Under the pieces are notes generated by a model. It did not search any database. It saw nothing but the letters and a program-made list of their open reading frames with translations, and was not told where the DNA came from. A DNA stretch of 64,000 nucleotides, from assembly GCA_902600205.1 (NCBI GenBank), contig CACKIN010000003.1:15887-79886 (forward strand), given 5' to 3'. The translations under genes were made by a program, and so were the position numbers. Source of the DNA: an uncultured Pelagibacteraceae bacterium. Lineage in GTDB: Bacteria; Pseudomonadota; Alphaproteobacteria; Pelagibacterales; Pelagibacteraceae. Of the stretch, positions 1 through 11,041 are shown in pieces; the first letter of the stretch is position 1, and the number at the start of each line of letters is the position of its first letter.

Positions 1-983
1 ACACAACTTGGTTTTAATCCTGATTTTCTACATTTTATATCTAAGAATTTTTCAGCACCTAGATCGGCACCAAATCCTGCTTCAGTAACAACATATTCTG
101 ATAGTTTTAATGCTGTCTTAGTTGCTAATACAGAATTACAACCATGTGCAATATTAGCGAAAGGACCTCCGTGGATTATTGCGGGATTATTTTCCAAAGT
201 TTGAGTTACATTTGGTCTAATTGCATCTTTTAACAAAACAGTCATTGGACCATGTGCATTTAAATCTTTTGCATAAATTGGTTTTTTATCTCTTGTGTAA
301 GCAACAGTTATATTTCCAATCCTATTTTCAAGATCATGTAGATCATTAGATAAACAAAAGATCGCCATGATTTCGGATGCAACTGTAATATCAAAACCAT
401 CTTCTCTTGGGAAACCATTTACAACACCACCAAGATTAATATTGATAGATCTTAATGCTCGATCGTTCATATCAAGTACTCTTTTCCAAACTATTCTTCT
501 TACATCAATATTTAATTTATTACCCCAATATATATGGTTATCTATTAAAGCAGATAAAAGATTGTGAGCAGAAGTAATTGCATGAAAGTCACCCGTGAAA
601 TGAAGATTTATTTGTTCCATAGGAACGACTTGCGCATAACCACCACCAGCCGCACCACCTTTCATTCCAAATGAAGGACCTAAACTTGGCTCTCTTAAAC
701 AAACAATAGATTTTTTACCTATTTTATTTAATCCATCTGATAATCCCACTGATGTGGTTGTTTTTCCTTCTCCAGCTGGAGTAGGAGTAATTGCTGTAAC
801 TAATATTAATTTTCCGTCTTTTTTATTTTTAAATTTTTCAAGATATTCGAGTTTGATCTTAGCTATGTATCTACTTATTGGACTATATGCCTCAGCATTA
901 TCTGGAACACCAACTCCATCCAAAATCTCTTGAATTGGTTTCATATTTGCTTCTCTTGCAATTTGGATATCTGTTTTTGACAT
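1..983 (-). CDS. fhs: Formate--tetrahydrofolate ligase (3' end runs off the window start)
   Basis: Manual translation from ATG at 983: [17 protein letters not shown]...[23 protein letters not shown]...[42 protein letters not shown], the FTHFS signature. Absent from the ORF track because it is truncated. Confidence 0.96.
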   Translation of the reverse strand, partial: MSKTDIQIAREANMKPIQEILDGVGVPDNAEAYSPISRYIAKIKLEYLEKFKNKKDGKLILVTAITPTPAGEGKTTTSVGLSDGLNKIGKKSIVCLREPSLGPSFGMKGGAAGGGYAQVVPMEQINLHFTGDFHAITSAHNLLSALIDNHIYWGNKLNIDVRRIVWKRVLDMNDRALRSININLGGVVNGFPREDGFDITVASEIMAIFCLSNDLHDLENRIGNITVAYTRDKKPIYAKDLNAHGPMTVLLKDAIRPNVTQTLENNPAIIHGGPFANIAHGCNSVLATKTALKLSEYVVTEAGFGADLGAEKFLDIKCRKSGLKPSC

Positions 984-1111
984 TTGGTTTAAAACCTATA
1001 ATAAATTAGTGTGCAAAATTTCTATACTTTTTTATTAGGATTTTAAACATCTAAAAAATATATATAAAAAAAATAAGAAAAAATTTAAGTTTAATTAGAT
1101 AAAATTATATA

Positions 1112-2368
1112 ATGCAAAAATACTCAGTTTTTAGTCTAATAAAAAATGCATTCTCAGATCATCAAAATTGGGAAGTTGCATGGAAAGACCCGACACCTAA
1201 AAAAGAATACGATGTAATTATCATTGGTGGGGGAGGCCATGGATTAGCAACCGCATATTACTTAGCAAAAGAACACAACATTACAAATGTTGCTATCATT
1301 GAAAAAGGTTGGATAGGTGGAGGAAACGTTGGAAGGAATACTACAATTATTAGGTCTAATTACATGCATGATGAGAATGGTTTGTTTAGCGAATTTGGTA
1401 TGGATCTTTGGAGAAAGATGAGCCAAGATTTAAATTACAATGTAATGTTTTCCCCAAGAGGAATAATTAATCTTGCCCACTCAGATGCACAAATGAATGC
1501 CTATTCAAGAAGGGGAAATTCGATGCGTTTGAACGGCATTGATGCGGTATTGTTAAATAGAGAAGAAGTACAAAAGTTAATTCCAATGGCAGACTTTTCT
1601 GACAATGTAAGGTTTCCAATTTTTGGAGGCTTGATGCAACCAAGCGCTGGAACAGCAAGACACGATGCTGTTGCCTGGGGTTATGCGAGACAAGCAGATT
1701 CCATGGGTGTTGATATAATTCAAAATTGTGAAGTTACGGGATTTGATGTCTCAAATGGAAAAATTCTTGGAGTAAGAACTTCTAAAGGAGATATTAAAGC
1801 AAAGAAAGTTGGTTTATGTGTTGCAGGAAGTACAAATATTTTGGCAGAAATGTTAAATATGACTTTACCAATTGAAACTCATTTGCTTCAAGCATGTGTT
1901 TCAGAGCCTATTAAACCTTTGCTTGATCATGTTGTTACATTTGGTGCAGGACATTTTTATTGTAGCCAATCAGATAAAGGGGAAATGGTTATGGGTGGAG
2001 ACTTAGATGGATATAATAGTTATTCTCAAAGAGGAAACTTACCAACTCTTCAACATGTTTTAACAGAAGGGATTGCGATGTTTCCATTTCTTAGCAAATT
2101 AAAAATGTTAAGAACTTGGGGTGGAATAATGGATATGTCCATGGATGGTTCACCAATTATAGATAAAACACATATTAACGGATTATATTTAAATTGTGGT
2201 TGGTGCTATGGTGGATTTAAAGCAACTCCAGCTTCCGGATGGACTTTTGCACATACAATTGCTCAAGACAGAGTTCATGATTTAAATGCTGGTTACAGAC
2301 TCAACAGATTTAGCACTGGAAATTTAATTGATGAAAAAGGCCTAGGAACTAAAACCTGGATATCATAA
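1112..2368 (+). CDS. soxB: Sarcosine oxidase subunit beta family (possibly N-methylglutamate dehydrogenase MgdA-type)
   Basis: GGGGHGLATAYYLA FAD motif, GGGNVGRNTTIIRSNY, ARHDAVAWGYAR, SQSDKG; first gene of a BDAG operon. Confidence 0.92.
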   Translation: MQKYSVFSLIKNAFSDHQNWEVAWKDPTPKKEYDVIIIGGGGHGLATAYYLAKEHNITNVAIIEKGWIGGGNVGRNTTIIRSNYMHDENGLFSEFGMDLWRKMSQDLNYNVMFSPRGIINLAHSDAQMNAYSRRGNSMRLNGIDAVLLNREEVQKLIPMADFSDNVRFPIFGGLMQPSAGTARHDAVAWGYARQADSMGVDIIQNCEVTGFDVSNGKILGVRTSKGDIKAKKVGLCVAGSTNILAEMLNMTLPIETHLLQACVSEPIKPLLDHVVTFGAGHFYCSQSDKGEMVMGGDLDGYNSYSQRGNLPTLQHVLTEGIAMFPFLSKLKMLRTWGGIMDMSMDGSPIIDKTHINGLYLNCGWCYGGFKATPASGWTFAHTIAQDRVHDLNAGYRLNRFSTGNLIDEKGLGTKTWIS

Positions 2369-2638
2369 ATGTTATATATCAACTGTCCACATTGTGGACT
2401 TAGATCTCAGAATGAATTTGCTTATGGCGGAGATGCAACAGTAAAGCGTCCTGAACTTAATAGAGAAATAAGTGATCAAGAATGGGATAATTTTGTGTAC
2501 TTAAGAAAAAGTCCAAGAGGAAAACATTTAGAATTATGGCATCATATTTCTGGATGTAGACAATGGATTAAAGTTGAGAGAGATACATCAACTCACGAAA
2601 TTTTTAAAACTTATAAAGCAAACGAAGCAATAGAATAA
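2369..2638 (+). CDS. soxD: Sarcosine oxidase subunit delta
   Basis: CPHCGLR...EFAYGGDA...WHHISGCRQW zinc-binding pattern; position in operon. Confidence 0.92.
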   Translation: MLYINCPHCGLRSQNEFAYGGDATVKRPELNREISDQEWDNFVYLRKSPRGKHLELWHHISGCRQWIKVERDTSTHEIFKTYKANEAIE

Positions 2639-5634
2639 TGTCCCAGGATTTTAGATTAGATAATGTTGGAATGGTTAATAGAGAAAAAAAAATCTCGTTT
2701 AAATTTAATGGCAAAAAATATTTTGGTTTCGAGGGAGATACTATCGCATCTGCCTTAATAGCAAATGGAGTTCATTTGGTAGGTAGAAGTTTTAAATATC
2801 ACAGACCTAGGGGTTTTTTTGGAGTTGGCGTTGATGAGCCCTATGCAATTCTGCAGTTAGATAGAAATAATGAGAGAGATCCAAATATAAGAGCAACAGA
2901 ACAAGAAATTTTTGAAGGGCTAGAGGTTAAGAGTGTTAATTGTTGGCCTAGTGTAAATTTTGACATTGGTGCGATAAACAATTTCTTAAAAATGTTTTTT
3001 CCAGCTGGTTTCTATTACAAAACATTTATGTGGCCTCCTAGCTTTTGGTATAAAATATATGAACCTTTTATTCGAATGGCAGCTGGATTTGGAGAAGCCT
3101 CTATCAAACATGATAAAGAAAGATATGAGCATAAATATGAGTATTGTGATTTATTAATAACAGGATCTGGGCCTTCAGGTTTAGCAAGTGCTTATGCCGC
3201 TGCCAAGAACGGAGCCCGAGTAATATTGGCTGAGGACAAACCAAGATTTGGAGGTAGCTTATTAACAAGTGATGTAAATATCGGAAACCAAACAGGAGTT
3301 GAGTGGACAGAAAAGATTATAGCAGAATTAAAGTCCATGCCTAATGTTACAGTAAAAAATAGATCGCAAGTTTTTGGTTACTATGATCACAATATGTTAG
3401 TAATGTCAGAGCGTATTAGTGATCATTTGCCAAAAACTCAAAAATATCTCCCTAAACAACGTTTGTGGTACATAAGAGCAAATGAAGTATTGATTTCATC
3501 AGGTTCAATTGAAAGACCTTTAGTTTTTGGAAACAATGATACTCCTGGCGTTATGTTGTCGTCAGCTGCCAAAGAGTATATGAAAGTTTACGGCGTTTTA
3601 GTTGGAAAAAAACCTTTAATTTTCACCAACAATGATAGTGGTTATGAAACTGCTATTGAATTTAAAAAAAATGGAGTAAATCCAGTCATATTGGATACAA
3701 GAAGTAATCCTTCTTCAGATATTATAACTGAGGCAAAAAATTTAAATATTGAAATTAAGTTATCCTATGTAGTTGTTGCTGCAAAAGGCTATAAAAAAGT
3801 TAAATCAGCAGATATTGCTAAAATATCTGAAGATAAAAAAGAATTATTTAAAATAGAAAATATAGAATGTGATTGTATCTGTGTATCAGGTTTTTGGACA
3901 CCATCTATTCATTTAGCATCACAGTCAGGAAACAAATCTAAATTTAACGAAAAAATTGATGCATTTGTACCTGATAAATCTAAACAACAAGAAAATACAA
4001 TTGGGTCAGCAAATGGAATATTTACATTAGAGGAAACAATTAAGGATGCTTTTGATAAAGGTTTTGATGTTTCAAATAAAATAACTGAAAAAAATAATAA
4101 AGTTTCAGTACCGACAGTAGTAGAAAAAAAATCAACAGTTCATGACAAATTTTGGTGTGTTCCTTTACCAAAAGGTAAATCTTATAAAAGGTTTTTAGAT
4201 TTTCAGAATGACGTAGCGGTTTCTGATATTGAGCTAGCTCTAAGAGAAGGTTTCAGGTCTATCGAGCATGTAAAAAGATATACAACACTTGGTATGGCTA
4301 CCGACCAAGGAAAAACGAGTAATTTAAATGGATTACAATTAGTTTCTGATATTGAGAATAAAGTTGTTCCACAAGTAGGACATACGACTTTTAGACCTCC
4401 TTATACTCCAGTTTCAATTGGAGCAATTGTAGGAAGAGAAGTTGGTAAGCATTCTAAACCAACAAGAAAATCACCTATGCATTCTTGGCATGAAAAAAAT
4501 AATGCAGTATTTGTTGATGCAGGGGTTTGGTTAAGACCAAGATATTACAAGCAAGGAAATGAAGGGTTATTTGAAGCATCAAAAAGAGAGGCAAAGAATG
4601 TAAGACAAAATGTAGGCGTATGTGATGTTACAACATTAGGTAAAATAGATGTTAAAGGACCAGATGCAGCAGAATTTTTAAATAGAGTTTATACTAACGC
4701 TTGGCTCAAACTTCCAGTGGGTAAAGCAAGATACGGTGTAATGTTAAGAGAAGATGGAATTGTAATGGATGATGGAACAACAACAAGGATTTCCGAAAAT
4801 CATTATCACATGACAACTACAACAGCTCAAGCAGCAAATGTTCTATCTCATTTAGAATATTATTTACAACTAGTGTGGCCAGAATTAAATGTAAACGTTG
4901 TATCAACCACAGAGCAATGGGCAGGTGCAGCAATCGCAGGACCTAATTCTAGAAAATTATTAATGAAATTATTCCCTAATTTAGATGTTTCAAACGAGGG
5001 TTTGCCATTTATGGGTTATAAAGAGGCTGATTTGTTTGGAGCTCCTGCAAAAATTTACAGAATTTCGTTTTCTGGTGAGTTGGCATATGAGATTAACGTT
5101 GAATCTGATAACGGATATTTCATGTGGGAAAAAATCATGGAAGTTGGACATGAATTTCAAATACAGCCATATGGAACTGAAGCTTTATCAACTCTAAGAA
5201 TAGAAATGGGCCATGTTGCAGGATCTGAATTAGATGGAAGAACAATCCCTTACGATGCATCTTTAGAAGGGCTAGTTAGTAAGAAAAAAGATTTTATAGG
5301 CAAAAGATCTTTAAACAGATCTGCCTTTACATCTACGGATAGAGAAAAATTAGTTGGCGTAGTTCCAATAGATAAAACTACAAGTATACCTGAGGGATCT
5401 TACATAGTAAAAGATCCAAAAGCAAAATTACCTAATCCAAAATTAGGTCATGTTTCGGCTTCATGTTGGAGTGTTGAATATGATAACCCATTTTCTTTAG
5501 CAATAATTAAAGATGGTAAAAATATGATAGGACAAAAACTCTTTGCTATGTCACCTTTAAAAAACAAAACGATACCTGTAGAGATTGTCTCTTCTCATTA
5601 TGTAGATCCTGAAGGAAAGAGAGTTAGATCATGA
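2638..5634 (+). CDS. soxA: Sarcosine oxidase subunit alpha
   Basis: GRSFKYHRPRG, GSGPSGL, KRYTTLGMATDQGKT, TTFRPPY, C-terminal GcvT-like folate domain; 998 aa. Confidence 0.93.
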   Translation: MSQDFRLDNVGMVNREKKISFKFNGKKYFGFEGDTIASALIANGVHLVGRSFKYHRPRGFFGVGVDEPYAILQLDRNNERDPNIRATEQEIFEGLEVKSVNCWPSVNFDIGAINNFLKMFFPAGFYYKTFMWPPSFWYKIYEPFIRMAAGFGEASIKHDKERYEHKYEYCDLLITGSGPSGLASAYAAAKNGARVILAEDKPRFGGSLLTSDVNIGNQTGVEWTEKIIAELKSMPNVTVKNRSQVFGYYDHNMLVMSERISDHLPKTQKYLPKQRLWYIRANEVLISSGSIERPLVFGNNDTPGVMLSSAAKEYMKVYGVLVGKKPLIFTNNDSGYETAIEFKKNGVNPVILDTRSNPSSDIITEAKNLNIEIKLSYVVVAAKGYKKVKSADIAKISEDKKELFKIENIECDCICVSGFWTPSIHLASQSGNKSKFNEKIDAFVPDKSKQQENTIGSANGIFTLEETIKDAFDKGFDVSNKITEKNNKVSVPTVVEKKSTVHDKFWCVPLPKGKSYKRFLDFQNDVAVSDIELALREGFRSIEHVKRYTTLGMATDQGKTSNLNGLQLVSDIENKVVPQVGHTTFRPPYTPVSIGAIVGREVGKHSKPTRKSPMHSWHEKNNAVFVDAGVWLRPRYYKQGNEGLFEASKREAKNVRQNVGVCDVTTLGKIDVKGPDAAEFLNRVYTNAWLKLPVGKARYGVMLREDGIVMDDGTTTRISENHYHMTTTTAQAANVLSHLEYYLQLVWPELNVNVVSTTEQWAGAAIAGPNSRKLLMKLFPNLDVSNEGLPFMGYKEADLFGAPAKIYRISFSGELAYEINVESDNGYFMWEKIMEVGHEFQIQPYGTEALSTLRIEMGHVAGSELDGRTIPYDASLEGLVSKKKDFIGKRSLNRSAFTSTDREKLVGVVPIDKTTSIPEGSYIVKDPKAKLPNPKLGHVSASCWSVEYDNPFSLAIIKDGKNMIGQKLFAMSPLKNKTIPVEIVSSHYVDPEGKRVRS

Positions 5635-6218
5635 CGATGATATCACCTTTGCAGAATATTCATTTTGCAGGTTCTTATGGAAATTTTGAAAATAAAACTG
5701 AAAATGAATTACTGAAAATTTCCGAGTTAAAAAATTTATTAATTGTTCAAATAGTTCAGTACAAAAATTCTTCAATTAAAATAAATGAAATAAAACTTAA
5801 TAATTTGCAATTTGTTAATGAAGCACAAAAAGTCGTCACAAATGAAAATTTAAGAATATTGTGGAATTCACCAAACAATTGGCTTGTTGTTTCTAAAAAA
5901 AAAGAACTTTTTAGTGAAATTTTAAAAAATTTTAATGATAGCGACTTTGCTGTTACAGATCTCTCACACTCAAAAGCAATTATAGAAATAGAAGGACCTA
6001 ATGTTAAAGAGGTTTTAAAAAAAGGTTGTCCGTTTAATTTCAATATATTTAGTAAAAATATGTGCATCAACTCATCATATAACGGAATATCTTTTTTAGT
6101 TGATATGGTTGAAGATGATCCTGAAAAAGCTAGAATTTTTTCACTTCGTAGTTTTGGGGAATCTATGTACCACTCAATAACTGATGCTTCACTAGAATAT
6201 GGCTATAAATGTATTTAG
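5631..6218 (+). CDS. soxG: Sarcosine oxidase subunit gamma
   Basis: AVTDLSH, LKKGCP, RSFGES motifs; overlaps the soxA stop (ATGA). Confidence 0.85.
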   Translation: MTMISPLQNIHFAGSYGNFENKTENELLKISELKNLLIVQIVQYKNSSIKINEIKLNNLQFVNEAQKVVTNENLRILWNSPNNWLVVSKKKELFSEILKNFNDSDFAVTDLSHSKAIIEIEGPNVKEVLKKGCPFNFNIFSKNMCINSSYNGISFLVDMVEDDPEKARIFSLRSFGESMYHSITDASLEYGYKCI

Positions 6219-6221
6219 AAA

Positions 6222-7835
6222 CTATTCTAAAGTTTTAAATCTTGTTTTTTGAATAATAAATACGAACAAAATTGGTAAAATTAAAGTCAGCAATGTTACA
6301 GTTATTAATAATATTCCCAATTCTGAGTAATCAGCAGTAGTCAATATTGCATTAGTCACTTTATCTTTGACTTCACGAGTAATTGTATAAATTTCATTTA
6401 GGTATTTTGTTCCTAAAGCACTTGCTGATAATGCTAAATTTGTAAAAGACGCAAAAACTGCAAAAAAAGTAGCTTTTAGGTGCGAAGGTGCATTTTTAGC
6501 AATCCATGCTAGTAAAGGTATCATAGAGACCTGACCTAAAGGCGACTCTAATGCTGTATTAATTAGTGCAATAAATTTAGCATCAACAATTCCATTTGTT
6601 ATTGATGAGGTCCAATTATGAAATCCGTAATACATCCCAACACTCGGTAAAAATAATATTGCACCAGCAATTGACAAAACTACAATAATTTTTGCTATTG
6701 AATTATTTGACATAAAAGGTCTAAGCAAAATAATTCCTAACAATGTTAAGACCGAAGCTAGTAATGATAATATAGAAAAAAACTGCTCATTAAATTTTAG
6801 CTCATCTATTTCGAACCAAGATAGTCCTGGACCTGGACCTGGCATTGCTCTAAATACGAATATAATCACAGCCGTCCCCACAATCGTAGATCTTAAATTT
6901 TGAGGTAGTTCTTTTATCAATTTACTCATCAGGAACAAAATAATTACCATAGATCCTAAAAAAACTATTTCTTGAGCAAAAGGAACTCCGAAGGAACCAA
7001 CGCTGAGTGTAAAAATTACAAAAATTAAACTACCACCTAAAATCCACCAATTAATCTCTGTTTTTTCATGTTCGTAATTATCTTCGTTACCGACTAAACC
7101 CTGACCAATTAATTTATTTTTTTTTTTATTTTTAAGATAGTTAGCAAAAATTACTCCTAAAATTGAAACAAATGGTATTACTAGTGCATAAATATAAATT
7201 GAGCCATAGAGCTCTATTTTGTCCACTTGCTCTAAACTATCTACGCCTTTAAATAAGATTACATTTACTAAAGCAACTAGAACAGTGCCACCGATAATTG
7301 CAAATCGTCCAAGTGTCTGCATTGTAGTATGCATTGTTTTAATCTGATCTTGTGAAAATTTTTGACCTTCTTCATTAACAATTGGAACAGCTTCTACTGT
7401 CATTGCATCTGCAACAACATCTTGAACCACATATCCAATGGGAGCTAAAAGAACACTTATTACAAACCAAGTCTCTACTTTTATAATTGTAGACATCCAT
7501 TCCGTATGGATAATTAACCCATACATTATCAATAAGCTTAAACCGATTAGTGTAGCTCCTACATAAACCATATAATTTTTTTTGTTCCAAATTAGATCCA
7601 CTAAATGACCTAATGGCATTTTTAGTGCCCAAGGAATACCAGCCCAAAACCCTAGCCCAGCAAGAAAGGCTGCTGATAGATTTAGATAATCTTTGACAAA
7701 AAATGTACCCACTATTCCTGTTAAACCTGAAATTCCAGCTGCAAGATAAATCATTAAAGGTGGTAAATAGGATAATTTAAATTGTCTTCCTAAATCTAGT
7801 AATGTGGAGTCGATAAATTTGGAAATTTGATTCAT
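6222..7835 (-). CDS. BT1-family (folate/biopterin) MFS transporter
   Basis: About 12-14 hydrophobic helices, PWALKMPLGHLVD and QDVVADAMTVE motifs, KATFFAVFASFTNL. ATG 7835 preferred over TTG 7847. Confidence 0.65.
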   Translation of the reverse strand: MNQISKFIDSTLLDLGRQFKLSYLPPLMIYLAAGISGLTGIVGTFFVKDYLNLSAAFLAGLGFWAGIPWALKMPLGHLVDLIWNKKNYMVYVGATLIGLSLLIMYGLIIHTEWMSTIIKVETWFVISVLLAPIGYVVQDVVADAMTVEAVPIVNEEGQKFSQDQIKTMHTTMQTLGRFAIIGGTVLVALVNVILFKGVDSLEQVDKIELYGSIYIYALVIPFVSILGVIFANYLKNKKKNKLIGQGLVGNEDNYEHEKTEINWWILGGSLIFVIFTLSVGSFGVPFAQEIVFLGSMVIILFLMSKLIKELPQNLRSTIVGTAVIIFVFRAMPGPGPGLSWFEIDELKFNEQFFSILSLLASVLTLLGIILLRPFMSNNSIAKIIVVLSIAGAILFLPSVGMYYGFHNWTSSITNGIVDAKFIALINTALESPLGQVSMIPLLAWIAKNAPSHLKATFFAVFASFTNLALSASALGTKYLNEIYTITREVKDKVTNAILTTADYSELGILLITVTLLTLILPILFVFIIQKTRFKTLE

Positions 7836-7839
7836 AAAA

Positions 7840-8280
7840 TTATTCAATTATGTTTAATTTTATTAACTTAGTATTCTTTGTTTCATTACACCACAACTCG
7901 TAACTTTCACAAACTCTCCACAGATGGTTAATAGCTCTTTGAGAAATATCTAAAGGAAAATGGCTTTTTGCATAGTATAAATCAGGAAATTTAATTAATT
8001 GCTTCATCATTGCTTCTTTTTGAAGATTTAAAAGCCGAATTACTTCGGCAGAAATTTTTTCTCCAGAATTATTATCAATATAATTATTTTTTTTTAACTC
8101 TTCAAACCAATCATCATGATACTTACCACTACTTATTTTTTCATATAATGGTGAACCCATGAATCTTTCCATAGCATCAATATTACTTATATTTTGCTCT
8201 TTACTTTTAATTTCACTTATTGCCAAATAAATAACCTCTGCAACATAAAGTATATAAGGTTTGGACAAATTTTTTTTCAT
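7840..8280 (-). CDS. Hypothetical protein
   Basis: 146 aa ATG-started ORF tightly packed between co-oriented genes; no motif recognised. Confidence 0.7.
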   Translation of the reverse strand: MKKNLSKPYILYVAEVIYLAISEIKSKEQNISNIDAMERFMGSPLYEKISSGKYHDDWFEELKKNNYIDNNSGEKISAEVIRLLNLQKEAMMKQLIKFPDLYYAKSHFPLDISQRAINHLWRVCESYELWCNETKNTKLIKLNIIE

Positions 8281-8284
8281 GAAA

Positions 8285-8743
8285 TTATAAATTTAAACTA
8301 TAATAACACGAATTTGGATCTTCTTTGTAATGTGCAAAAGGTTTGCATTTTTTGAATCCAAAATTTTTAAATAATTTTCTTGCTGGGACAAAAAATTCTC
8401 CAGCTCCTGTTTCAACACTTAATTTTTTAATTCCAATTTTTTTTGATTTATCTATTAAATGTGTGATAATTTTCTCTCCATATCTTTTTTTCCTAAATTT
8501 GTTTGCTACCCTTATTGACTTAAATTCCCCATGTTCTTCTGAAAGGGTTTTTAAAGCTCCGCATCCAATTAAATCATTATTCTCCCATAAACTCCAAAAT
8601 TTTATACTGGAAACTCTCAAACCTTGTACATCTAATACATGTGAACTGCCTTCAGGTGAAACAGACCTTAATTCAATAAAATGAATTCTAAGAAGTTCAT
8701 TTACTTGTGGGTTATCAAAGTTATTTTCTATTGATTTAATCAT
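8285..8743 (-). CDS. GNAT family N-acetyltransferase
   Basis: GCGALK, GEFKSIRV, LSVETG, PFAHY...DPNS; ATG 8743 preferred. Confidence 0.85.
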   Translation of the reverse strand: MIKSIENNFDNPQVNELLRIHFIELRSVSPEGSSHVLDVQGLRVSSIKFWSLWENNDLIGCGALKTLSEEHGEFKSIRVANKFRKKRYGEKIITHLIDKSKKIGIKKLSVETGAGEFFVPARKLFKNFGFKKCKPFAHYKEDPNSCYYSLNL

Positions 8744-8790
8744 TTTGAAGAACATATAATCTAAAAACAAATTAAACCAATATTAAATAT

Positions 8791-9411
8791 ATGTGTGGAA
8801 GATACGTGGTTACGAATGCTGTTACAAAAACAAAAAATATCGTGAAAACTGCGATTAATGTTCAAGACAGTGATAATTATAATGCACATCCATATCAAAA
8901 TCTTCCTGTGGTCAAGAAATATAAAAACGGCAATACTGTTGAAAATCTTAAATGGGGAATTATTCCATCCTGGGCAAAACAGAAAGACTTTAAAGCTTTA
9001 ATAAATGCAAGATTAGAAACAATCGATGAAAAGGTCTCATTTAAAAAACTTATTAAAACGCAAAGATGTGTAGTTGTTGCCGATGGCTTCTACGAGTGGA
9101 AAAGAACAAAAGATAACAAAATTCCATATTATTTTTTCAGAAATGATAAAAAAACAATTTTTATAGCTGCTATTTACGATGAAGGCCAATTTTGCATGAT
9201 AACTGAGGAGGCAAGCCAAAATATTTCAGAAATTCATCATAGACAACCAGTTATACTTTATGAAAAAGATATAGATAAATATTTAAACATCGAACATTTT
9301 GGTTCAACTTTTTTAAAAGAGTGTAACAAAGTAAGTTTGACTTTTCACGAAATATCTAAGGATGTCAATAAACCAACAAATAATAGCGCCTCGTTAATAC
9401 AACAAATTTAA
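8791..9411 (+). CDS. SOS response-associated peptidase (SRAP, YedK/HMCES family; abasic-site protection)
   Basis: N-terminal MCGRY, INARLET, ADGFYEW, IHHRQPV. Confidence 0.92.
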   Translation: MCGRYVVTNAVTKTKNIVKTAINVQDSDNYNAHPYQNLPVVKKYKNGNTVENLKWGIIPSWAKQKDFKALINARLETIDEKVSFKKLIKTQRCVVVADGFYEWKRTKDNKIPYYFFRNDKKTIFIAAIYDEGQFCMITEEASQNISEIHHRQPVILYEKDIDKYLNIEHFGSTFLKECNKVSLTFHEISKDVNKPTNNSASLIQQI

Positions 9412-9415
9412 GATA

Positions 9416-10459
9416 TTATTTTTCAATGATTGTTACATGACCCATTTTTCTTTTATTTTTTATATCTTTTTTAAGATAGTCAAAAAAGAATTCGTTCTCA
9501 GAAAATTTTTTGTCTCTATATATTAAAATATCATCACCTATTAAATTTATCATTTTGGCATTATATATTTTCTTTGTTTTAATTTTTTCTAAACCACATA
9601 CAGCTCTAACATGATTTTCAAATTGACTTATATTGTGAGAATTAATTGTCAAATGTCCTGAGTTATGAACTCTGGGAGCTATTTCGTTAGCATATAAATT
9701 ATCATTTTTGTCAATAAAAAACTCTACACATAATGTTCCAATATAATCTAAATCCTCTACAATTTTTTTTGACCACTCGGTGGATTTAATTATAATTTCT
9801 TTCGAAACATCTGCAGGGATTTTAGAGTGTTTTAAAATTTGGTCTTCATGAACATTTTCAATTGGTTCATATATTTCATATTTTTGATTACCAAATCTTG
9901 TAATGATAACAGATATTTCTTTTTTTAAATTAATGAATTTTTCTAATATGTATTCTTTAGAAAAATCTATTTCATTAGATATATCCCTTTTGCTATTTAA
10001 TTTGTATTGACCCTTCCCATCATATCCTAATGTAGTTGTTTTTAGCAATCCTGGAAAAAAATTTTCATTTTCTTTTAATTCGTCTATATGTTTTATAGAA
10101 ACATATTGGGTAGTTTGAATATTTATATCATTGAGAAAATTTTTCTCTGTCAATCTATTTTGGATTAAATTATTAATCTCAGGTTTAGGCAAGACTGTTT
10201 TTTCATTATTTATACTTTGAAGAATATTAAATGGAATATTTTCAAATTCGTAAGTAACTAAATCGACACTATCGATAAATTCCTGAGTAATTGATTTGTT
10301 ATCATATTTTCCATATATGAATTTATCCGTAAAGTTTTTAGCCGGCGCATTCTCATCATCGCTTAAAATAACAGTTTTAATGCCAATTTTTTTAGCAGCT
10401 ACTGACAGCAAACTTCCAAGTTGACCTCCACCTATAATTCCTAAAATAGGATTTTTCAT
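9416..10459 (-). CDS. purK: N5-carboxyaminoimidazole ribonucleotide synthase
   Basis: GIIGGGQLG, TYEFENI, GYDGKGQ, NEIAPRVHNSGH, RKMGHV. Confidence 0.96.
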   Translation of the reverse strand: MKNPILGIIGGGQLGSLLSVAAKKIGIKTVILSDDENAPAKNFTDKFIYGKYDNKSITQEFIDSVDLVTYEFENIPFNILQSINNEKTVLPKPEINNLIQNRLTEKNFLNDINIQTTQYVSIKHIDELKENENFFPGLLKTTTLGYDGKGQYKLNSKRDISNEIDFSKEYILEKFINLKKEISVIITRFGNQKYEIYEPIENVHEDQILKHSKIPADVSKEIIIKSTEWSKKIVEDLDYIGTLCVEFFIDKNDNLYANEIAPRVHNSGHLTINSHNISQFENHVRAVCGLEKIKTKKIYNAKMINLIGDDILIYRDKKFSENEFFFDYLKKDIKNKRKMGHVTIIEK

Positions 10460-10954
10460 TTAATTTGGTTTTTTCTTAACAGATTTAGATTGTTTAGATC
10501 TCCATTTTATTAAGCTGTTTTTAATTTTAGGATCAAAGTTAGAAATTATAGATGCTGCATACAATGCAGCATTTATGGCACCATCAGTTCCTATGGCAAC
10601 TGTTCCAACCGGAATACCTTTAGGCATTTGGGCTATAGATAAAAGACTATCTAGACCTTTTAGTTTTTTACTTTCAATAGGAACGCCTATTACTGGTATT
10701 CTTGTTAATGCAGCAATCATGCCAGGTAAATGTGCAGATCCTCCTGCGCCGGCAATAATAACATTAATGTTTCTCGACTCTGCTGATTTTGCATAATTGA
10801 ACATTCTCTCAGGTGTTCTGTGAGCAGAAACAATATAAGTTTCATAATTAATTTTGAGTAATTTAAGAGTTTTTTCACATAATTTCATTGTGGAATAGTC
10901 TGATTTGCTTCCCATTACAATGGATACTCTGTGACTATATCTTTTCTTTTTCAT
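10460..10954 (-). CDS. purE: N5-CAIR mutase
   Basis: [35 protein letters not shown]; ATG 10954 preferred. Confidence 0.96.
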   Translation of the reverse strand: MKKKRYSHRVSIVMGSKSDYSTMKLCEKTLKLLKINYETYIVSAHRTPERMFNYAKSAESRNINVIIAGAGGSAHLPGMIAALTRIPVIGVPIESKKLKGLDSLLSIAQMPKGIPVGTVAIGTDGAINAALYAASIISNFDPKIKNSLIKWRSKQSKSVKKKPN

Positions 10955-11041
10955 GCTAAGTTTTTGAATTAATATAATCAATATAGTCTTAAAATTAAAA
11001 CTAGTCGACAAAATTTGTAATAATTATAATGTGTTTTTAAT

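Noticed and set aside
8791-9411. SRAP gene as marker of a mutagenesis cassette or mobile element
   Set aside because: No imuABC/umuDC, LexA box or mobile genes adjacent
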